From an uncultured virus (IMG/VR IMGVR_UViG_3300018412_000011) (Duplodnaviria; Heunggongvirae; Uroviricota; Caudoviricetes), in the IMG/VR virus record IMGVR_UViG_3300018412_000011: 20,000 nt of DNA; one strand, given 5' to 3'. The notes beneath the pieces were generated by a model. The model saw only the letters and a list, made by a program, of their open reading frames with translations, made no database searches and was not told the origin of the DNA. Of this stretch, positions 1 to 8,219 are shown in pieces. A program made the translations under genes and the position numbers. Positions within the stretch are counted from its first letter, which is position 1, and each line of letters starts with the position of its first letter.

Positions 1-1
1 T

Positions 2-436
2 TCTAAACTGTTCATAAACATTATCAGCATTAGCAAATTGATTCGCTTCTTTTTTAAATGACTTATATATTTTAATATATTTAGGTCTAAGCCATTTTGT
101 ACTAGCGATAAATTTCTTTTTCAACTTTTTTTGTTTAAATTTATAATAATTATTTTTATAAAAATACTTACTTAAATATATAAATAATGCTTGATTAGAA
201 ATTTTATCAGAAAAATTATCTGACCCTGTAGCAATTAAATCCTCATCAATAGAATCCTTTAGTTCTTTGACTTTTTTTTCAAGAGCCAAATTCTTTTGAG
301 AATCTAATAAAGCTTCTCTTAAATTGAATTCTTCTTTTTTTAAATTTTTTCTATGATTAATTTCTCTCGGAGCAATTCTAGTTGTGAATCGTTTTCCGCA
401 TTCGTCTTCAAAAACCTCGGCATCAATAATTTTCAT
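2..436 (-). CDS. Hypothetical Lys-rich protein, 3'-truncated by the window edge (MKIIDAEVFEDECGKRFTTRIAPREINHRK...)
   Basis: Manual translation from ATG at 436 stays open to the window start (145 codons). The ATG overlaps the TGA of the upstream small ORF. Not in the ORF track because it has no stop inside the window. Confidence 0.75.
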   Translation of the reverse strand, partial: MKIIDAEVFEDECGKRFTTRIAPREINHRKNLKKEEFNLREALLDSQKNLALEKKVKELKDSIDEDLIATGSDNFSDKISNQALFIYLSKYFYKNNYYKFKQKKLKKKFIASTKWLRPKYIKIYKSFKKEANQFANADNVYEQFR

Positions 437-582
437 TTCCAAACCTTTTTTATTATTTCGTAAATTAATTCTTTTTGTTCATCGCTAATTTTCGTTTGTC
501 TCGACATATCAAAATTCTCTAACATACTCCCCATAACTAAAGTAAGGGTGTTCTGCTTCACATTGTGTAAATCATTATACAT
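433..582 (-). CDS. Small hypothetical protein, 49 aa (MYNDLHNVKQNTLTLVMGSMLENFDMSRQTKISDEQKELIYEIIKKVWK)
   Basis: Fills the gap between its neighbours exactly. The start overlaps the end of the 469-aa gene and the stop forms an ATGA overlap with the next gene. Confidence 0.55.
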   Translation of the reverse strand: MYNDLHNVKQNTLTLVMGSMLENFDMSRQTKISDEQKELIYEIIKKVWK

Positions 583-1984
583 CAAAGCGTCTTACAAAAT
601 CTGCTATTCTTGTTTTTTTAGAAGTTTTTTCTTCCTTCAACCACACAATAGCATGAGAAAATGGCAAATAACTTTCGGGAGTTGAATCATTTTTATTATA
701 ATCCCAGAAAGTTTTTATTTCTGGGAACCTTTTTAACAAATTATTTTCTTTAGAAACTTTTTTACCCGAACAATAAGGACACTTTGAACCAGAACATCTT
801 GTCTTAACGCTTGTTTCCCACTCATGTCCCTTTTTACATTTCCACCAAACTTTTCTCCCTGACCCATAAGTTATATTATTTGGATTTATAGCATTATTTT
901 TTTGATCATTCCATTCTTTTATTAGTTCAGGGTGGGTTTCGGACAAAGGAGTAGAACAACCAAGATGTGAACTTCTATATTTTAAATATTCTTTTTCATT
1001 CCAAAAAAAATTTTCTTTCATATATTTTTCCAACTTATTATTTTTACAATCTATTGTTTTTAAAACATAGCAAATCTTATTAATAATCTCTTTATGGTGG
1101 GTGAAATTATTGCATTTAATATCCCAATTGTTAATTTTATCCAAAGGAAACTCTCTAATTCTTAAAACTTCAATTCCTTTATTTTTAAAATAAATATTTT
1201 TGTTTTTATCATTTTTTATCCTATTCTTGTGCCAATACCCACCATCTATTTCGATTCCAATTTTTATCGAAGGTATAAAAACATCTAGTTCTTTTCTGCC
1301 TTCCTTGTAGTGCCAAATAGAATCTAGATATATTGCTTTAATCTCTGAAAATACCCTTATTTCCATATCAGAATATTTGTTTTTACAAAAAGGGCAACTA
1401 GTCCCTCTGACTCTAGCTGCAATGGTTGCTTTCCATTCATGTCCAAATTTACATTTCCAATGAACCTTTAAACCCTTACCTTGAGTCATATTTTTAGGAT
1501 CTATACTATTTTTTTCGTAATCCCATTCTTTCATAATGGGTAAATCTAAAATGCTATTTTTTTCTGAGGGCAAAAAACCTTTACAATAAGGACATCCTAT
1601 TTTAGTTTTAATATTTCCCAGTTGATGAGGAGAAGCTTTCCATTCATGTCCATCATTGCAAACCCACCAAACCTTTTTGGTTGAAGCTGGCAATATATCT
1701 CTAGGAGATATATTGTTTTTTTTATAATTCCATGTTTTGAGCAAATCAGGTCGTTTAATCTCAAGGTTGTTTTCTTGACAAACCTTGCCTCCTTTACAGT
1801 AAGGACATCCTCTTTTTAAATACAATCTATTAGCTATTTTAGCTTCCCACTCATGTCCTTTTTCACAAACCCATAAAGCTTTTTCATTAAGATTGTATAT
1901 TTCTTTCTTTTCAAAATTGCTTAAATCCCATTCTTTTATCAAATTTTCTTCATTCAATCTAATTAACAAATCTTCTTTTTTCAT
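575..1984 (-). CDS. Zinc-ribbon repeat (DUF4379-like) protein with a central PD-(D/E)XK/Vsr-like nuclease domain; putative free-standing homing endonuclease
   Basis: Four WxCxxGHEWxA/T...CP(Y/F)C repeats flank a nuclease-like segment: SDMEIRVF...ELDVFIPSIKIGIEIDGGYWH...DKNKN...GIEVLRIRE. Confidence 0.8.
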   Translation of the reverse strand: MKKEDLLIRLNEENLIKEWDLSNFEKKEIYNLNEKALWVCEKGHEWEAKIANRLYLKRGCPYCKGGKVCQENNLEIKRPDLLKTWNYKKNNISPRDILPASTKKVWWVCNDGHEWKASPHQLGNIKTKIGCPYCKGFLPSEKNSILDLPIMKEWDYEKNSIDPKNMTQGKGLKVHWKCKFGHEWKATIAARVRGTSCPFCKNKYSDMEIRVFSEIKAIYLDSIWHYKEGRKELDVFIPSIKIGIEIDGGYWHKNRIKNDKNKNIYFKNKGIEVLRIREFPLDKINNWDIKCNNFTHHKEIINKICYVLKTIDCKNNKLEKYMKENFFWNEKEYLKYRSSHLGCSTPLSETHPELIKEWNDQKNNAINPNNITYGSGRKVWWKCKKGHEWETSVKTRCSGSKCPYCSGKKVSKENNLLKRFPEIKTFWDYNKNDSTPESYLPFSHAIVWLKEEKTSKKTRIADFVRRFDV

Positions 1985-1990
1985 AAATAT

Positions 1991-2018
1991 TATTACAACA
2001 AAAATAAATAAATTCCCT
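1991..2018 (-). promoter_or_regulatory. Putative phage promoter motif, copy 1 (AGGGA-N17-GTAATA)
   Basis: Same spacing as three other intergenic copies. The ATG begins 12 nt after the G of the second box. Confidence 0.45.
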
Positions 2019-2032
2019 ATGATGAATATTTA

Positions 2033-2827
2033 TTATTTTGATTTATTGTTGAATGAATAAATTTCTAAATTTGTTTTCCCTCCCCATCCGTTGGGATTAA
2101 CTTCATGTAACTCCCTATTAGAATAAAGAATTTTTTTATTTTTTTCTTGGCATTTCAGATCATGCTTAATATTCATTTTTTCATGAGGTTGATGAAATAA
2201 TTGAATAATATCTCTCCCCTCTCCAATCCACCGAACAGGAATTCCAATTTTTTTAACCCTATTTAATAAATCATAATCTTCACTTCCCCAACCAACAAAT
2301 TTTTCATCAAACCCTCTTACTTTTTTCCAATTATCAATAGAAGTGCATTGACAGCCTCCAGCGCTTGTCCGTTTTTTAATTCTACCATGATCTCTTAATT
2401 TATTTAAATTTTTAATATCTATTTCTCCCTTATACAAGGGTTCTGATGTACATTTTTTCCAATAAAGAGTTCTTGATTCAACAAAACAGTCTTCATTGTT
2501 CAATTCCTTCATTACATTAAAAATAAAATCAGGACCGAAAAACATATCTACATCCGTTGTAAGAACATATTCAGTATTCGCATTTAAAATCCCAACATTA
2601 TTTAATTTTGCTCTTTCAAATTCCTCCCCTATATTATGTTGAATAACATCCATAAAAGGAATAGAATCCATTTGTTTCAATAACTTTGCATAATTGGTTG
2701 ATCCTCCATCAACCAAAAGAACTTTGAAGTCTTTAAAAGATTGGTTATTCAAACTCTTAATAAAAAATTTAGAGGAATTTGTGTCCAGATCAAATCTGTC
2801 TCTATTAGATACCACTAAAGTAATCAT
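2033..2827 (-). CDS. Glycosyltransferase, GT2 with a GT7 (galactosyltransferase) C-terminal-like domain
   Basis: N-terminal VVSNRDR...VLLVDGGS, RAKLNNVG, DxD (TDVD) and GFDEKFVGWGSEDYDL...LFHQPH motifs. Confidence 0.9.
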   Translation of the reverse strand: MITLVVSNRDRFDLDTNSSKFFIKSLNNQSFKDFKVLLVDGGSTNYAKLLKQMDSIPFMDVIQHNIGEEFERAKLNNVGILNANTEYVLTTDVDMFFGPDFIFNVMKELNNEDCFVESRTLYWKKCTSEPLYKGEIDIKNLNKLRDHGRIKKRTSAGGCQCTSIDNWKKVRGFDEKFVGWGSEDYDLLNRVKKIGIPVRWIGEGRDIIQLFHQPHEKMNIKHDLKCQEKNKKILYSNRELHEVNPNGWGGKTNLEIYSFNNKSK

Positions 2828-2830
2828 GTA

Positions 2831-3474
2831 TCAAAAAGAATGCCCTAAATCTAGAATTTTTAAATTCATTTCATTGTCCCAACCAACATTTCTATAGTGA
2901 ATATCTTTTGCTTTTCCCCAAAACCCTTGTTTGACTAAATCATAAAAAAATTGTTTAATTTTTTGAATCATGCCCTTAATATTTTCATAAGGAATATTAA
3001 CTTTAATATATTTATAAATATTATCTATTGACTCTTTAACAAATTTATCTATATCACAATGAAAAACAGAAATAATGCATTTAAAAATTTTATTAAAAAC
3101 CAACTTTTCTTTTTGATTTAAGGGTTTTAATTTTTCTAACAGAATATACTTTAATTTTTGATTAACTTCATAAACTTTTGCATGAACAGAAGATTCGTTA
3201 TTCATTAAATTTAAAGCACTTTCAAATTCACTTTCGTTAGAAGTCAATTTAAGAACTTTATCTCCTAAATCATATGCTATTCCTTGAGTACCTGAACCAA
3301 TTGGATTGGCATTAGGATGTTGTTTTTCTATTAAAGAAACTATTTCTTTTGGATATATCTCATCGACATTGTATATCCCTTCGTATAAGAAATTCTCATT
3401 ATCAAAGTCTTGAAGTTTTTTTCGTAAACCTCCCCTTCAAAAGGAACGGCCATATTAATTTTGTAAATTCTCAT
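2831..3474 (-). CDS. Minimal protein-kinase-like (PKL fold) protein, about 214 aa, needing a -1 frameshift at the A7 run (T3416-3422)
   Basis: The frame of the 138-aa ORF stays open upstream and contains IGSGTQGIAY (Gly loop), KVLKLT (catalytic Lys), ILLEKL, DIHYRNV (catalytic loop) and ILDLG (DFG equivalent). That frame has no ATG/GTG before the TGA near 3437. ATG 3474 (MRIYKINMAVPFEGEVYEK) is one base out of frame. Confidence 0.75.
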
Positions 3475-3482
3475 AACAATTA

Positions 3483-3510
3483 TTTTTCTACAAAAATCAA
3501 CAAAATCCTT
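3483..3510 (-). promoter_or_regulatory. Putative phage promoter motif, copy 2 (AAGGA-N17-GAAAAA)
   Basis: Intergenic. ATG 3474 begins 14 nt after the second-box G, which supports 3474 as the true kinase start. Confidence 0.55.
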
Positions 3511-3513
3511 TAT

Positions 3514-4212
3514 TTAGCCTTGAAAATGTATGAAATTCACATTCTTTTTTTCCAACATTTTTGAATCAAAAGAAGATGCTTTATGTAAGTTAACAAACAT
3601 AGGTTCAAAATTATTCCAATAATGCCCTATCCCTTTCCAAGACCCCCCACTTAATTGTTCAACTATTTTTGCCCAAGCTGGTTCATCATTGTCTTGTTTG
3701 TTTCCCTCCCAATGCTTAATGCAATCATAAATTAAATCGGGATTTCGCAAATATATAAAACCTCCATTCGGAACTTTTCTCAAATCATATTTTCTCCAAG
3801 GACATTTTCTTCTATGATATAATTGAAGATTGGCTTGAAATTCTCGTTTATTTCTTAATCCTTTCCAAAAATCATTAGAAAGTTTTTTTTGCAAAAAGCA
3901 ATCCCAATCCAAATAAACAAACTCTTGCAAGCTATCATTTTCTATCGCCCATTTAATAATTTCTAACTTATTTCTATATTGATACTTTTTTAAATCAAAC
4001 TTATACGGTTCCTCACAAATTAATTGGCAATTAATTCCTTTTTTTAAACATTTTTCGTAATTATCAATGCCCATAACATAAGTTTTAAAATCAACTTGAT
4101 ACGGACTTTGTATAACTTTTTCAATATCCTTATCAATTTGCGATCTTCGTTTGGTTATTCGATGAGAATTATCGTAAATACCCCATATTCCTCTAATAAA
4201 AATCTCTTTCAT
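3514..4212 (-). CDS. Putative GT-A fold glycosyltransferase (DxD), paralog of 4955..5680
   Basis: FVYLDWDC DxD motif, PNGGFIY, DNDE and a C-terminal FIHF, as in GT8/GT34-like folds. Aligns end to end with the 241-aa gene. Confidence 0.65.
   Translation of the reverse strand: MKEIFIRGIWGIYDNSHRITKRRSQIDKDIEKVIQSPYQVDFKTYVMGIDNYEKCLKKGINCQLICEEPYKFDLKKYQYRNKLEIIKWAIENDSLQEFVYLDWDCFLQKKLSNDFWKGLRNKREFQANLQLYHRRKCPWRKYDLRKVPNGGFIYLRNPDLIYDCIKHWEGNKQDNDEPAWAKIVEQLSGGSWKGIGHYWNNFEPMFVNLHKASSFDSKMLEKKNVNFIHFQG
3602..3660. repeat. Dispersed repeat, copy A (55/59 identical to 5070..5128; core 3627..3660 identical over 34 bp)
   Basis: ctatccctttccaagaccccccacttaattgttc occurs exactly at 3627 and 5095. 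Confidence 0.9.
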
Positions 4213-4955
4213 CCTTGAGCCTTTACGTTTTCTAGAATCTTCAAATAATAATTGTTTATTCTATCATTGTCTTTTAATAAAATCATACTTGGATTGTTAA
4301 CATTTTGATGGCGTTTTAAGAAATTGTCGTTAGAAAAACTACTTCCTCCCCCTCCAGAACTTTTTTGTTCCTTATACTTATCATTAAAAAATGTATCAGC
4401 CATTGCAGAAATCTTTCTTCTATATTCCTTATTTAAAACCCATTCATCATAATATAAAGAAACTTTATTTGGGATATAAGATGTTTCTCCTAAAAATTCT
4501 TGAGCATAGCTAATCCAAGAATTAATAAACAAATCAACATTATTTTTGAAAGGGCTTTTGTATTTCCATTGTATCAAACTTGCATAGACATTATAAGGGT
4601 TGCGTAATAACAAAATATTTTTATTATTCTCCGAACCTAACTTTTCAAAGTCATTTCTTAGAAAAGACCATTCCTCTTTATAAAAGTTTTTTATATTAGA
4701 GGTTAATGCTTTTTGTTCGGCCTTTAATACTAACCCATTTACATTTAACTGTTTAATATCTTTAAAAATATCATTTTTATTACCTACTCTTTTCTCTATT
4801 GTTTTTTCGCTAGTATAATAGGGAGATTTTTTTCTGTAAAATATTTCGCTATAGCTAGCAAACAAAGAAGAATCGAATTGTCCTGCAAACCATGAACTAA
4901 CTGCATGAGTGCCAGATCTTCCAATCCCAATCACTTCTATCTTTTGGAAACCCAT
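4209..4955 (-). CDS. Sulfotransferase-like protein, paralog of 5670..6458
   Basis: 5'-PSB-like GIGRSGTHAVSSW, 3'-PB-like LLRNPYNVYAS, and YYDEW...YRRKIS...GGGSSF. Confidence 0.7.
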   Translation of the reverse strand: MGFQKIEVIGIGRSGTHAVSSWFAGQFDSSLFASYSEIFYRKKSPYYTSEKTIEKRVGNKNDIFKDIKQLNVNGLVLKAEQKALTSNIKNFYKEEWSFLRNDFEKLGSENNKNILLLRNPYNVYASLIQWKYKSPFKNNVDLFINSWISYAQEFLGETSYIPNKVSLYYDEWVLNKEYRRKISAMADTFFNDKYKEQKSSGGGGSSFSNDNFLKRHQNVNNPSMILLKDNDRINNYYLKILENVKAQG

Positions 4956-5680
4956 TATCCTTCTAGTTTCCTTTTAACCTGTCGTGCATTATAATGTTTA
5001 AAAGTTAAATCTTTCGTTTGCAACAAAGATTTTTCATAAACATATCCTTCATCCAAAACAAAAAAATTTGGTTCAAAATTATCCCAATAATAGTCTATCC
5101 CTTTCCAAGACCCCCCACTTAATTGTTCCATATATTTCATGATTACAATTTCTTCAGACCAAGGTTTCCCCATATTTTCCCATAAATCAACTAAATCTTG
5201 TCCTACTTTAACGTCATTGATGTAAACAAAACTAGCACAAGGTATTTTGCGTTGATCTTTCTTTCTCCAATAAGCCTTTCTTCTTTTGTACATTCTAAGG
5301 ACAGCTTGTATCTTCTCTAATTCTCTTAATTTTTCCCAAAAAAGACAAGGAAGGGGCTTAATCGCTTGACAATCCCAATCAAGGAACACAATTTCATCAA
5401 ACTCTTCAATTCCTCTTTTAAATGCTTCTATTTTGTGTCGAAATTGTTGAGTTGCCATATCCCAAACGATAGGTTTTGTATCAATTAATTCGCAGTCTTC
5501 AATGCCATGATCTTGTAAAAAACTAAAATTGTCTTTACCGAAAACATAAGTTTTAAACTCAACTTTGTATGGATTTTGCAACAAAAGCTTAATGTCAACT
5601 TCCATTTTTTTTCTTCGATGTTTGTTTTTATCAGAAGCATCATATTCTCCCCATAATGTTCTGATAAATTTACTTTTCAT
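4955..5680 (-). CDS. Putative GT-A fold glycosyltransferase (DxD), paralog of 3514..4212
   Basis: IVFLDWDC, PCASFVY, SEE and C-terminal FKHY. Shares FKTYVxGxDN and EQLSGGSWKGI with its paralog. Confidence 0.65.
   Translation of the reverse strand: MKSKFIRTLWGEYDASDKNKHRRKKMEVDIKLLLQNPYKVEFKTYVFGKDNFSFLQDHGIEDCELIDTKPIVWDMATQQFRHKIEAFKRGIEEFDEIVFLDWDCQAIKPLPCLFWEKLRELEKIQAVLRMYKRRKAYWRKKDQRKIPCASFVYINDVKVGQDLVDLWENMGKPWSEEIVIMKYMEQLSGGSWKGIDYYWDNFEPNFFVLDEGYVYEKSLLQTKDLTFKHYNARQVKRKLEG
5070..5128. repeat. Dispersed repeat, copy B (core 5095..5128)
   Basis: Direct comparison with 3602..3660. Confidence 0.9.
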
Positions 5681-6458
5681 TTATTCTGCCCCATAATTTT
5701 TTAACTTCTTTGTTTTTACATAATTCCTTGTAATAACTCTTCTTGTCTTTAGGAATATCTTTACTTCTATCTAAGACTTTCATTTTTTGAGCCTCTTCTT
5801 TTAATTTCATAGAATCAAAACTGCTCCCCCAACTTTTCCTATAACCAATTTTCATAACAATATTTAATCTTTCATCTGAAAAATCTAAACCTAATTTTTC
5901 AGAAATGTTTTTGCGATAATCTTCGTTTTTAAACCAATGGTCAAAAACTACGGGAACTTTGTCAACGGGCAAACAACTTGGTTCTCCCAAAAAAGCCTTA
6001 GCATATCGAATCCAAATGCTAGAAAAATTTTTAGGATGTTTTAATCTAGACGCAAACTTCCAATTTAATACACTAGCATAATGGTTATAAGGATCTCTAA
6101 TTACCATAATATTATGTCTTTTTTTTGAGAATTGATTCTCTTTAAAATTAGACAATATTCGAAACTTATTTTTATTTAAATTTGGATTTAATGCCAGAGT
6201 TCCTTTAGAAAACTCTGTTCCCAAAATAAAATTTTTAACTTTACGAAAATCTTGAGTTTCTACCCAATCAAATTTGCCTCTTTGAAAATACCAAAAAGGA
6301 GGTTCTATGCCAACTAGATTTTTCTCATCTACAGAAGTCATGCAATTTTTAAAACCCACTTCATCAAAATGTCCAATAAGCCATGAGATGATAGCATGCT
6401 GTCCTGTTCTTTGGATACCATAGACATGTATCTCATTATCTAAAAGAAAGTCTGTCAT
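5670..6458 (-). CDS. Sulfotransferase-like protein, paralog of 4209..4955
   Basis: GIQRTGQHAIISW, VIRDPYNHYAS, and FDHWF...YRKNISEKLGLDFSD...WGSSF. Confidence 0.7.
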   Translation of the reverse strand: MTDFLLDNEIHVYGIQRTGQHAIISWLIGHFDEVGFKNCMTSVDEKNLVGIEPPFWYFQRGKFDWVETQDFRKVKNFILGTEFSKGTLALNPNLNKNKFRILSNFKENQFSKKRHNIMVIRDPYNHYASVLNWKFASRLKHPKNFSSIWIRYAKAFLGEPSCLPVDKVPVVFDHWFKNEDYRKNISEKLGLDFSDERLNIVMKIGYRKSWGSSFDSMKLKEEAQKMKVLDRSKDIPKDKKSYYKELCKNKEVKKLWGRINEK

Positions 6459-8176
6459 TTAATTTCCCTTATTTCAACCTCGCATTCTTCTAAATCAACA
6501 GAGGTATCAGATGTAGGATTGACAATAGAAAAATTGCTTTTCTTCATCTGTTCTTTAAAAAATTGATTTTGGTTTCTGTAATCTTCATCAACTCTACCGT
6601 TTTGTTCATCTACTTCTTTTAGCTTTTTTCTAATCGCCTCAACTCCATGTCTTCCGTTCCCTTGAGTAAACCCATGATGTTTTTTAAAATTTGCATGTCC
6701 CCCCAAATGAGGATCAAACCTATCGCAAACAAAAAACATGAATGTATCTTGGGTTGGAGCGGGCAACTTTCTTTTTCTGCATAATTTTACACAAAACTTC
6801 GTGAATTTTGTTTTGTGTAATTGAATAAATGAAATAGTTCTTTTCTTATTGTGGTAGAACCGTCTACCTTCTATTCTGCCTTCTTCAATCATAGGAGAAG
6901 CCTTCTTAAGCTTTCTTCGCCAATGCCCTTTAGCCCATTCATCTAATGCTCGAATATGGTTAGGGCGACTATAGCCCCATTTATGTCCACAATAAGCATA
7001 TTCTTTCATGTCGTCTGAGTAAAGAGGTTTATCATTTGTAGCAAAAGAATCTGCATCCAACTTCAACCAATAATCGGTTTTAACATATTCTGCTGTTCCA
7101 AAAACAAAAGCAGAGAGCATTAATTCTCTATGATCAGTTACTCCATCAAGTTTTGATTCATCCCAAGGAATTAAAGTTATATTTTTTTGTTTAAGAAAAT
7201 TGAGTCTTTCATCCTCAAGATCTATTCCATTAACAAATACAATTATTGGATGTTTATCAACTCTCTTATATTTAACCCAATTAGGGAAAGTTTCTCGTAA
7301 AATTTCAACATATTTTTCATCGCAAGCAGTTACAATTGTCACATCTTGTTCAGGGTCTAGATATTTTCTTAATCTCTTATCTGCATACTGTAAATATGAA
7401 TTTATGTTAGCAGTATCTTTTTTTCTCATCTCTTCAAAAAGATTTTTCCATATATAACAATTTTTATGGCTCAAGACATGCTTTTTCCCATGAAAATGCC
7501 AAACTCTAATGTCGTCAGATTTATTATGATCATGAAGAACTGAAACATTAAATTTAGAAGGAGCTATATATACACTTAAGCCCCAATTCTGAGCCGAAGG
7601 ATATAAAACTTGAAAAGCTTTTTCGTCGGAAATAAAAAATCGACCTTTATCAGCTAATTTAACCCAATCAGTGGCAAAAAGGTTCCATTTTTCAGATTTT
7701 TTCCAAGACAATACTCCAGTATTTATTGCTGGGTGATGCCTTAATGCTTCATCAACAAATTTATCTTCCGCTATGCCTTTAAAATCTAAAATCCTTTTTG
7801 AAATTTTTGGACCATCTGACCACCAATTAGCAAAATGAGGTATTACAACATCTGCTTTATCAAGAGAATCAAACATTTCATCTAGCTTGCCAACTACAAT
7901 TGTATCAGAATCTAACCAAAGAGTTCTATCATATGGTGATTTAGTAAACATATCAGTTTTTCTTGTTAATGTTTTGTATTCTTTTTTAAAATCATTGTGA
8001 ACAATATCAACATCAAAATATCGGCAAACATCATCAAATTCCGAAGGAGTGTCTTCTAAATAAAAAGTTATTGGCCCCTTCCAATGTTTACGAAGACTAT
8101 ATAGACAAACTATAGCTCTTACAATGCAAGATGTCCCTCTATTAAACATAATTATTCCCTTACTATTATCGACCAT
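6455..8176 (-). CDS. Two-domain glycosyltransferase (N-terminal GT8-like GT-A plus a second GT-A domain)
   Basis: Domain 1: SPYDRTLWLDSDT, INTGV, SDE, WHFHGKKH. Domain 2: VTACDEKY, YWLKLDAD, TQDT. SD-like AAGGTG upstream. Confidence 0.75.
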   Translation of the reverse strand: MVDNSKGIIMFNRGTSCIVRAIVCLYSLRKHWKGPITFYLEDTPSEFDDVCRYFDVDIVHNDFKKEYKTLTRKTDMFTKSPYDRTLWLDSDTIVVGKLDEMFDSLDKADVVIPHFANWWSDGPKISKRILDFKGIAEDKFVDEALRHHPAINTGVLSWKKSEKWNLFATDWVKLADKGRFFISDEKAFQVLYPSAQNWGLSVYIAPSKFNVSVLHDHNKSDDIRVWHFHGKKHVLSHKNCYIWKNLFEEMRKKDTANINSYLQYADKRLRKYLDPEQDVTIVTACDEKYVEILRETFPNWVKYKRVDKHPIIVFVNGIDLEDERLNFLKQKNITLIPWDESKLDGVTDHRELMLSAFVFGTAEYVKTDYWLKLDADSFATNDKPLYSDDMKEYAYCGHKWGYSRPNHIRALDEWAKGHWRRKLKKASPMIEEGRIEGRRFYHNKKRTISFIQLHKTKFTKFCVKLCRKRKLPAPTQDTFMFFVCDRFDPHLGGHANFKKHHGFTQGNGRHGVEAIRKKLKEVDEQNGRVDEDYRNQNQFFKEQMKKSNFSIVNPTSDTSVDLEECEVEIREIK

Positions 8177-8219
8177 TGAATTTCACCTTAATATTTAAGA
8201 TATTATACATCAAAAAACC

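Noticed and set aside
3602..5128. Diversity-generating retroelement TR/VR pair
   Set aside because: Both copies are coding parts of paralogs, mismatches are few and not adenine-specific, and no reverse transcriptase is present.
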